Source: Phycisphaerales bacterium (lineage in GTDB: Bacteria > Planctomycetota > Phycisphaerae > Phycisphaerales > UBA1924). Taken from it: a stretch of DNA of 52,698 bases. Location: NCBI GenBank assembly GCA_044375915.1, contig JBILLU010000001.1:1-52698 (forward strand). The letters are read 5' to 3'. The notes beneath the pieces are model-generated. The model worked only from the letters and a program-made list of their open reading frames with translations, ran no database searches and had not been told where the DNA came from. Every line of letters starts with the position of its first letter. Within the stretch, counting starts at the first letter, position 1. Both the position numbers and the translations under genes were made by a program. Shown one piece after another: positions 17,553 through 24,701 of this stretch.

Positions 17553-17941
17553 CGTGAACCTCCCGTGTAGCGGATCAGGTTCGCCTCGAGCACGCGCTCC
17601 CGCACCGGCGCCTCATACGCCTGCCCGGCCTGCGGCCCGTCGCGATGGACACGAGCCGCCGTGCCGATCACAACGACTTCGTCGCGCACAATCACGACGG
17701 CGTCGGCCCCTCGTGCTTGGCCCTCGCGAATCAAGTCGGCCTCGATCGCATGGCGGGGCAGCGATTCCCCGCCGCGGGCGGTCGCGGTCCCGAGCACCTC
17801 AAACGGCCGCGACACCTGCGACACATCGGGGTACACCTCCACACGCGCCGTCGCCGCACGGGATGAACCCTGGTACTGCGTCGAGACGCATCCGCCAAGA
17901 CCACAGACTGTCGCCACGATCAATACCACGGGGGTTCTCAT
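17549..17941 (-). CDS. Small lipoprotein (130 aa)
   Basis: ATG 17939-17941 with GAGGA 9 nt upstream. MRTPVVLIVATVCGLGGC is a lipobox. The ORF-track extension to 18166 runs through a hairpin repeat and is rejected. Confidence 0.65.
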   Translation of the reverse strand: MRTPVVLIVATVCGLGGCVSTQYQGSSRAATARVEVYPDVSQVSRPFEVLGTATARGGESLPRHAIEADLIREGQARGADAVVIVRDEVVVIGTAARVHRDGPQAGQAYEAPVRERVLEANLIRYTGGSR

Positions 17942-18122
17942 GATCCGATCCTCTTGGGCACGCCATCGCGCGATGGCCGACGGCGGGTCCGAATCCGCAG
18001 TGTACCGAAGCGGAGCAGCGACGGGGGGCGACCCGGATGCCTCGACGGCGGCCAACACGGCGGGCGCTTTCGTGGGTGCGGCAGAATCGCTCGGCGCGGC
18101 TCGGACCCGGGTGCACGCCCCA

Positions 18123-18178
18123 ACACAATCACCCGCTCGAAGGAGCGGGTGATCGTGATTCATCACGGCGTGGTCGGG
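18123..18178. repeat. Hairpin repeat family 1, copy A
   Basis: CACAATCACCCGCTC-GAAG-GAGCGGGTGATCGTG (15-bp stem, 1 mismatch) plus tail ..ATCACGGCGTGGTCGGGC. About 60 nt downstream of the stop of the 18218..18991 gene. Confidence 0.8.
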
Positions 18179-18217
18179 CTGATTGCCTTATCGATCAAGC
18201 GAACCCGAAGCGGTGGA

Positions 18218-18991
18218 TCAGCGGGTCACCGTAATGGTGGCCGACTTGGACGTCGAGCCGACCTTCGCGGTCACCGTAGCGGAGGTCCGCTTGCTCACTT
18301 TGCTGGTGGTGACAACAAACGTCGCCGTCCGTGCCCCGGCCGGGATGGTCACGGACGCAGGAACGGGCGCGACGGAGGAGCTGGAGCTGAGCGAGACGGT
18401 CGTGCCGCCGCTCGGTGCCGGGGCGCTGAGCGTGACGGTGAAGGTGACCTTCGAACCTCCGGTGACGCTGGCGCTGGACGAAGCGATGGACGCGACGGCG
18501 ATCGCTGCGCTGCCGGGGATGGGCCCGGTGGGCGTGCCGCCGGTCGCGGCGACGGTGGTCGTCAAGTAATAGTCGACGATGGTGGCGTATCCCACCAGCG
18601 AGTCACTGACGACGATCAGGTAGTTGCCGTTCTGGAGCGGGGGCGAAACGAATGGGCTGAGATTGGACGCCGGGCCTTCAGCGACAAGGGTCTGGGCGCC
18701 GTCGTTGGTGTAGACGGAGACGACAAAGGCCGCCGGGCCGTAGATCTCGCCGCTGACGGGATCGACGCGCTGGGGCGAAAGGGAGTAGCTCGTGCCAGCG
18801 ACGGCGTTGAAGCTGAAGTAATTCCTCCTGGGGCTGTTGCTGCTGCCGACGGTGTCGTACACAACGCTCGGCACGGTGATCTGGATCGGCGCGACGATGC
18901 TCTCGGCGCGGGCTAGGGCCGGGATCAGGCAGGTCCACAACGCCGCAAGCACGAACCCGAGGAAACCCACGGGCGACGAGATCCGGAACAT
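18218..18991 (-). CDS. Secreted protein, PPC-like N-domain plus Ser/Thr-rich beta domain
   Basis: ATG 18989-18991. Signal peptide MFRISSPVGFLGFVLAALWTCLIPALARA. NYFSFNAVAGTSYSL...NGNYLIVVSDSLVGYATIVDYYL resembles pre-peptidase C-terminal domains. The C-terminal part has the 'VTIPAGARTATFVVTT..ATVTA' pattern of Ig-like surface domains. Confidence 0.65.
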   Translation of the reverse strand: MFRISSPVGFLGFVLAALWTCLIPALARAESIVAPIQITVPSVVYDTVGSSNSPRRNYFSFNAVAGTSYSLSPQRVDPVSGEIYGPAAFVVSVYTNDGAQTLVAEGPASNLSPFVSPPLQNGNYLIVVSDSLVGYATIVDYYLTTTVAATGGTPTGPIPGSAAIAVASIASSSASVTGGSKVTFTVTLSAPAPSGGTTVSLSSSSSVAPVPASVTIPAGARTATFVVTTSKVSKRTSATVTAKVGSTSKSATITVTR

Positions 18992-19144
18992 TCACAAGCC
19001 TTTCGTTAGAGTCGTTGCCACCGATCAAAGCACCGTGCTGAGATGTTCTCGCGGCGAGAATCGCTTGCCCGCGAACCGGTTCTTCGCAACAACTTTACAT
19101 TCCGAGCGCCGGACGTTGTTGCACGCGGATGCGCTGCCGGGCGC

Positions 19145-19206
19145 GACCATGTGATCGGAGCAGCGGCGTGATCATGGTCCATCAAGCCGTGGCCGGGCCA
19201 CCTGCC
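19145..19206. repeat. Hairpin repeat family 1, copy B (degenerate)
   Basis: GACCATG...CATGGTC stem, GGAGCAGCGGCGTGATC core and tail CCGTGGCCGGGCCACCTGCC align with copy C. It lies in the spacer downstream of the FGE-domain gene. Confidence 0.6.
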
Positions 19207-19338
19207 CCGGGGCACGTGGTCGTGCTTGGGGGAGAGATGGCCATGCAGAGCGATCCGAAGACACGAAAGGCCACGGCCATCCGATCAGAGCATCGGATGG
19301 TCGCGGCGGATGGAGGCGCAGGCGGATCGAGCCAACCG

Positions 19339-20490
19339 TCACGGACAAACCAGCGCGTCGTACGCAGCGGCGAACAGAACGAAATCAGCATCGTCGACGA
19401 ATGCGTCGCCTGTCAGGTCCGCGGGGCAGCCGGGCGGCATGGACGGGTCCGCGCACTCGAGCAGGTTGTAGGCGGCGGCGAACACCACAAAGTCGGAATC
19501 GTCCACGAAGGAGTCGGCGTTGAGATCTCCGGGGCACGGCTTGATGACGGCTGGCTCAGGGCTCGCGAATCGGAACCCTGTGAAGTCCAGTTCGGGCGTG
19601 TCGAGTCCGAAGTAGGCGTCTTCAGGACGAATACCAAAGGTGGGGACCGCAAAGTACGCGCCGCCGGTAATGGCCCGGCCACCGAGGTTGACCGTCTCGC
19701 ACCATTCGTCCACGTTGCCGGCCATGTCGAACGCGCCGTAGAAGCTGGCGTTCCCGGCCGAACCGACAGTGGTCAAATTGCCGTTCTGCCCGTTCCAGTC
19801 GGCACCCAATCGCCAGTTGACGATATTCGGCCCCGGGTTGGCGATGTCGCCGGTCGGGGTCGCGGTCGCGATACCTGGCTGGTCGTTGCTTTGCGTCGCA
19901 AACTTCCAGAAGTTGTCGGTGTCGCCGCCCTCGGTGGCGGGCCGGTGGAATGCAGCCTTGTTCCACTCGTCCAACGTGGGAAGGAAGACCTGTTTGGGAT
20001 TCGAGAGATCGCGTGTGATGGCGGTGACGGCACCGATGCCGCTGCCGGACAAGGTGTAGACGCCGCTCTCCGTACTGCCTGAGCCCTGCCCATTGGTCAG
20101 CCAGTTGGCCATGCGGGCCGCATCGAGAAAGTTCACGAAGTTCACGGGCTTGTTGCCCATGTTGGGCCTCACGGCGTAGGTGAACGAGCCGTCGGTGCCC
20201 GCGCGGGTGATGCCGCCGCGCGGGTTTGTGCCCATTTTGGGGTTGTAGAGCCCTCTGGGGTCGCTCGCAGCGACTGCGTTGAGGAACTCGGCGTACTGGG
20301 CATTGGTCACCTCAAAGGTGCCGATGCGGTACTCATACGCGACCGCGCCGGAGCCGAAGTTGCCCGGATCGCCCGCGTTGCCGGCGTTGCCGACGGTGCG
20401 GAACTCCACTATGACGGCGGCCGAGGCGATGGACGCACCCAGGCCGGCGACGGCCGCGAGCGCGACGACATTAAACGAGCTGCATTTCAC
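19339..20490 (-). CDS. Secreted FGE-sulfatase (SUMF1-like) domain protein with C-terminal dockerin-like tag
   Basis: GTG 20488-20490 with AAGGAG 6 nt upstream. Signal peptide VKCSSFNVVALAAVAGLGASIASA. YRIGTFEVTNAQYAEFLN, PVNFVNFLDAARMANWL and GAFDMAGNVDEWCE mark the FGE/SUMF1 fold. The C-terminus holds 2x 'CPxDLxxDxFVDDxDFVxFAAAY'. Confidence 0.8.
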   Translation of the reverse strand: MKCSSFNVVALAAVAGLGASIASAAVIVEFRTVGNAGNAGDPGNFGSGAVAYEYRIGTFEVTNAQYAEFLNAVAASDPRGLYNPKMGTNPRGGITRAGTDGSFTYAVRPNMGNKPVNFVNFLDAARMANWLTNGQGSGSTESGVYTLSGSGIGAVTAITRDLSNPKQVFLPTLDEWNKAAFHRPATEGGDTDNFWKFATQSNDQPGIATATPTGDIANPGPNIVNWRLGADWNGQNGNLTTVGSAGNASFYGAFDMAGNVDEWCETVNLGGRAITGGAYFAVPTFGIRPEDAYFGLDTPELDFTGFRFASPEPAVIKPCPGDLNADSFVDDSDFVVFAAAYNLLECADPSMPPGCPADLTGDAFVDDADFVLFAAAYDALVCP

Positions 20491-20783
20491 CGCTTGCTCC
20501 TTCGCTTGGTTTCCACGTACGAACGAAAATGTCAGGATCGCTGAACGTGCTGCGACACGAAAAGATGTCCGCTCATCGCGATGCCATTGCAGCATTGCCC
20601 GCGGACATCGACAGCCGTCGCGTGAGCACACGCACAGGAAACGAGACACGCTGACGCCTGCCGCGTGTGAACCGAGTCGGCGTCGCTGGAGATCGACTCG
20701 ACCCGACGTCGTATCGCTGGACCCGACACGAACAGTCCGTGGGTTATCGGCGACACTCACCGTCTTTTCCCGCAGTCCACCGC

Positions 20784-20935
20784 GGCCGGGTGCCGTGGGT
20801 CGGAGGCTCGGCGCAGACCCACGCAAGTAAAGTTCAGTTCGCCGTTGTCGCGCCGGTCGGCCGGGTGCCGTGGGTCGGAGGCTCGGCGCAGACCCACGCG
20901 AGTGAAGTCCGGTTCACCGTTGTCGCGCCGGTCGG
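20784..20935. repeat. Tandem direct repeat, 2 x 75 bp
   Basis: The unit GGCCGGGTGCCGTGGGTCGGAGGCTCGGCGCAGACCCACGC[A/G]AGT[A/G]AAGT[T/C]C[A/G]GTTC[G/A]CCGTTGTCGCGCCGGTC starts at 20784 and again at 20859, with 5 substitutions. Each unit contains the hairpin CGTGGGTC-N14-GACCCACG. Confidence 0.85.
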
Positions 20936-21081
20936 CTCCGAGAAGCGCAGGCACTGCACACTCGCCTCGCTCCCAGCGGGGAGGGGACGAGCGATGTGCC
21001 GCGTTCACGGCGTGCTCGGAGGCCGTGGTCGGGGATGGGGCTGCGAGCGTGCAGCGCGGTCGGATACGGATACACACCCGA

Positions 21082-21146
21082 CCACGATCACCCGCTCAGA
21101 GCAGCGGGTGATCGTGGCACATCGTGGGGTGGTCGGGCCACCTGCC
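21082..21146. repeat. Hairpin repeat family 1, copy C
   Basis: CCACGATCACCCGC-TCAGAGCA-GCGGGTGATCGTGG (perfect 14-bp stem) plus tail ATCGTGGGGTGGTCGGGCCACCTGCC. The element ends 3 nt below the stop (21149) of the low-GC gene; the hairpin stem itself lies ~32 nt downstream of it. Confidence 0.8.
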
Positions 21147-21148
21147 GA

Positions 21149-21793
21149 TCATCCTGGATACGACTTGCCCGTACGCATGTACTCATACACGAGCTGCGGC
21201 AGCAGCGCCGACACGGGCCGCTCGAACTGCATGACGCCCATTGCGAGAACGGGAGTCAAGCTGTTCGCGTACTGCAACGCCCCGTCGCGCTGGCCGAACA
21301 CACCGAGCGGAATTCCATGGCTCCTGCCGCGATTCCGGGCGATCGCGACCCAGGCTTCTCCAACGAATCTCGGCGTCTTCCGCTGTTCCGGATTGAAGTA
21401 GTACACATTCACGGGACCGACTGCGAGTTCGCCGGCGGGAATCGAGACCGAGACCTCTTTGACTCTGTCGCGATCCCATCTCATCTCACGCAATCGCATC
21501 ACGTCGGCGCTTATCGAAACCACGACGTCCTGACGGCTATCGCGTACAAGCCTGATCAAGCGCCTCAGAGCTTCGCCAGCAAAGACGAGGCACCAAAACA
21601 CACCCAACCAAGGCGTTACGTCGAGAAGCTGACCCGACGCCAATATCATGACAATCCCAACCAAACAGACTGCAATGACAACAGAAAAGACGAACGCCGC
21701 ACCAATCATCGGCTCACGCATATCAACTTTGTACCGACTACTAGACAGAGAATCCAAGGGGACAAAATAGGATGTTGTATATAGCAATGTCAT
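21149..21793 (-). CDS. Orphan membrane protein, anomalously low GC
   Basis: Preferred ATG 21791-21793 (GGGGAG ~10 nt upstream); ATG 21721 is an alternative. Two hydrophobic helices (IGAAFVFSVVIAVCLVGIVMILA, WLGVFWCLVFAG) then a ~130-aa soluble domain. I recognise no family. Confidence 0.5.
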   Translation of the reverse strand: MTLLYTTSYFVPLDSLSSSRYKVDMREPMIGAAFVFSVVIAVCLVGIVMILASGQLLDVTPWLGVFWCLVFAGEALRRLIRLVRDSRQDVVVSISADVMRLREMRWDRDRVKEVSVSIPAGELAVGPVNVYYFNPEQRKTPRFVGEAWVAIARNRGRSHGIPLGVFGQRDGALQYANSLTPVLAMGVMQFERPVSALLPQLVYEYMRTGKSYPG

Positions 21794-21992
21794 TGAGACG
21801 CGGCTCCCCCGCTGTCGCGACGACGCCACGCCACTTGAGCGTCACGCGGACTCGTTGCGGCATGCCAAGCAGGAACGTCTCGCCGCGTTGATCAGGCACT
21901 CGTGACACGCCGGTGCGTTTGAGGCTCGTTCAAGGCTTTGTTCCCCGCCGCACAAACGTCGATTCCCCTCACCGGCCTCGCGGACTCGGCCA

Positions 21993-22017
21993 CCTCTCCC
22001 CGCATTGCGGGGAGAGG
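21993..22017. repeat. Hairpin repeat family 2, copy 1 (3' of GH31 gene)
   Basis: CCTCTCCCCGC-ATT-GCGGGGAGAGG (11-bp stem), 13 nt downstream of the GH31 stop. It shares the core TCCCCGC..GCGGGGAGAGGAG.CGC with 31941-31978. Confidence 0.75.
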
Positions 22018-22030
22018 AGGCGCGGCGGCT

Positions 22031-24283
22031 TCACTTGGTGGTGATCTTGATCGGCTGGCCGTCGGTACCGGTGGCGGTGGTGGTTGTTCCCGCGATCTGC
22101 ACCACGACCTTGCGTGACGGGCGTTCGCGTTTGCCTTCGGACTTGCTCACGGTGACGGTGATCTCGTTGCCCTTCTTCTCGGCGGCGTAGGTGGTGAGCA
22201 GGTAGTCGCCCTGCTTGTACGACCAGCCGTCGCCGGCGTCTTCGTAGAGGGTGCCGGTGGCCTTGCCGCTGGCGTCGAGGTTGATGAGCAGCGTCAGGGT
22301 GTCGAGGGGTTTCTCGTCGACGTACTGCATGACGGGGCTGATGGGGACGATGGCGCCGGGGCGGATGTAGAGCTTGGGGAGGTCGGGGTCGGCCTTTTCG
22401 GGGTTGTCGGCGCCGGACTGGGCGGTGAAGTCGAAGGGCTTCCACGTGCCGTTGGGGCCGGGCTTGGGCATCGCGACGGCGCGGGTGCGGTCGGGGACCA
22501 TGTCGGGGACGATCAAGACGTCATTGCCCAGCAGGAAGGAATCATCTTCGCTGCGGAGGGCGGGGTCTTTGAGGTCGGCCCAGTAGGTGGGGCGGACGAC
22601 GGGCAGGCCGTTGATGCTGGCTTCGTGGAAAAGGGTGTAGAAGTAGGGCATGAAGCGCATGCGGCGGTTGATGGCGCCGCGGCAGGTGCTCTCGACTTCG
22701 GGGCCGAAAGACCAGGGTTCTTTGTCGATGTTGCCCTTGCCGGTGTGGGCCCGGGCGAAGGGCATCATGGCGCCGAAGCCCATCCATCGGGCGAAGAGCT
22801 GGCCTTCGCCGCCTTTGGGGCCGTTGCCGGCGAAGCCGCCGATGTCGGGGCCGGCGAAGGGCTGGCCTGAGAGCCCCATGTTCAACGCCATCGGCACCGA
22901 GGTTTCGAGGTGGTACCAGTTGGCGGAGTTGTCGCCGGTCCAAGTGGCGGCGTAGCGGTGGCCGCCGAGGAAGTTGGCGCGGCTGAGGACGAAGGGGCGT
23001 TTGTCGGGGTTGGCGGCCATGATGCCTTCGCGGCTGGCCTTGACCATGAACATGCCGTAGACGTTGTGGTATTGCAAGTGCGAGCCGGTGCCGCCGAGCT
23101 CGGGGTCGGCGCGGTGGATGTTGTCCTCGGGCATCGTCTTGGCCTTGACGTTGAAGACGGCGGGCTCGTTCATGTCGTTCCAGACGCCATCGATGCCCGT
23201 GGCCATGAAGTCTTTGTAGAGGGTGGCCCACCAGACACGCGTGTCCTTGCGGAGGTAATCCGGGAAGACGCACATGCCGGGCCAGACTTCGCCCTGGTAA
23301 GTGCTGCCGTCCTTGGCCTGCACGGCGTGGTTGCCGGCCATGGTCTGCTCGTAGACGAAGTACGAGCCGTTGCGGAATTTGGTCTTGTCGCTGCCGATGC
23401 CGGGGTCGATCATCCAGACGTTGTGCACGCCGCGCTCTTTGAGCCAGGTGTTGAGACCCTTGGGATCGGGGAACTGCTTCTCATCGAAGGTGAAGACGCG
23501 GAACTGGTCCATGTAGTCGATGTCCATCCAGATGACATCGAGGGGGATCTTGCGATCGCGGAAGCCCTGCGCGATTTCCTTGACGCGCGAGTCGGGGTTG
23601 TAGGAATAGCGGCACTGGTGGTAGCCGATGGCCCACTTGGGCGGCATGGTAATGGTGCCGGTGAGTTGGCCGAGTGCTTGCACGACTTCCTGCGGCGTGT
23701 TGCGCTCAATGAGGACCACCGGAGGCTGCGGGCCGCCGTCCACCGTGACGACGATGTCGCCGCCGGCGAGGCTGGGGTTGGCGATGGTCATGCGGAAGGT
23801 TGAGTCGATGAGGATGCCGAAGGCAGTGCCGTCGGGGCGCACGGCGAGGACCCAAGGGTGAGACTGGTAGAGCGAGGCGTTGGTGTCGTCGTAGCCGTAG
23901 GCGTCGGTGTTCCAGAGGGTGACGGTGCGGCCGTTGCGGAGGAGCGGGCCAGCGACCGAGCCGGTGCCATAGAGCGAGGTGTCGGGATCGATGGCGATGC
24001 GGATGATGGTCTTTTCGCCGTCCTTGCTGAAGCGCGGCGTGGCGGCGAAGGGCCCCTTGCTGGGCGTGTGTGCCGCACGGGGCTTCTCGAAGCTGAGTGA
24101 GGGCAATGCGGAATCGACCGCGGCTTGATCGGCGAAGTGGATAGAGATGCGGTCGCCGATTGTGCCGCTGACGCCGGCGGGCGTGCCAGCGGCTTGGGCG
24201 GCAGTGACGGTCTCGGCTTGGGCCGCGAGACCGGCGGTGGCGACGAGGGACGCGATCAGACAGCGAGCGATAAGGGTGGTCAT
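22031..24283 (-). CDS. GH31 alpha-glucosidase, secreted
   Basis: IWMDIDYMD and GVWNDMNEP are GH31 catalytic-region motifs. Preferred ATG 24281-24283 (MTTLIARCLIASLVATAGLAAQA signal peptide, AAGGA upstream). The ORF-track start 24328 is 15 codons longer. Confidence 0.9.
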   Translation of the reverse strand: MTTLIARCLIASLVATAGLAAQAETVTAAQAAGTPAGVSGTIGDRISIHFADQAAVDSALPSLSFEKPRAAHTPSKGPFAATPRFSKDGEKTIIRIAIDPDTSLYGTGSVAGPLLRNGRTVTLWNTDAYGYDDTNASLYQSHPWVLAVRPDGTAFGILIDSTFRMTIANPSLAGGDIVVTVDGGPQPPVVLIERNTPQEVVQALGQLTGTITMPPKWAIGYHQCRYSYNPDSRVKEIAQGFRDRKIPLDVIWMDIDYMDQFRVFTFDEKQFPDPKGLNTWLKERGVHNVWMIDPGIGSDKTKFRNGSYFVYEQTMAGNHAVQAKDGSTYQGEVWPGMCVFPDYLRKDTRVWWATLYKDFMATGIDGVWNDMNEPAVFNVKAKTMPEDNIHRADPELGGTGSHLQYHNVYGMFMVKASREGIMAANPDKRPFVLSRANFLGGHRYAATWTGDNSANWYHLETSVPMALNMGLSGQPFAGPDIGGFAGNGPKGGEGQLFARWMGFGAMMPFARAHTGKGNIDKEPWSFGPEVESTCRGAINRRMRFMPYFYTLFHEASINGLPVVRPTYWADLKDPALRSEDDSFLLGNDVLIVPDMVPDRTRAVAMPKPGPNGTWKPFDFTAQSGADNPEKADPDLPKLYIRPGAIVPISPVMQYVDEKPLDTLTLLINLDASGKATGTLYEDAGDGWSYKQGDYLLTTYAAEKKGNEITVTVSKSEGKRERPSRKVVVQIAGTTTTATGTDGQPIKITTK

Positions 24284-24701
24284 GGGAGTGAGTCCTTGCA
24301 AGGGCCGAAAAGCCGTGCCCGAGAACATAGCAAGCGGCGAGGGGTGTCTGCGGCAAGAAAGGCCCGAAAGGGGCGTTTTCCGATTGCGGGGGGGGCGGAC
24401 GGACGGTATCTTGGATAGGTTGGAAGGTCTTCAGAAACGGACGTACCGGTCCTTGTTTTGAGCGAGAAGGGCTTCAGGGGAAAGTTGGTTCGGGAAAACT
24501 GGTACGAACCGTGTCACGGAGAGGATCGAAGAGAGGTTGTGCCGACACGAACGAGTGCGTTCCGCGGCATCGGAATCGGGCGGGACTGCGCCCGGAGCCG
24601 ATGGAGGCGTTTCGCGGTCGGTGTCGGAGTGATTCGGGAACTCGGGAAAGAGACCCACCAGCAGCGCGCCAGAGGCGGCTGCACGAGAGGAGCAGAACGG
24701 A

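Noticed and set aside
20784-20935. Possible mini-CRISPR (repeat with hairpin, 75-bp period)
   Set aside because: There are only two units, and the would-be spacers are nearly identical (5 substitutions overall). No cas genes are present. It is a tandem duplication, not an array.
20667-21784. Plus-strand ORFs 20667..21401 and 20996..21784 across the gene-free gap and the low-GC gene
   Set aside because: They read through the tandem repeat and hairpin copy C and run antisense to the membrane gene. They have no motifs and an Arg/Gly/His-rich composition.
24371-24385. GCCC-GAAAG-GGGC hairpin followed by GTTTTCC as a terminator
   Set aside because: Only a 4-bp stem, and no plus-strand gene lies upstream to terminate. 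It sits in a divergent promoter region.
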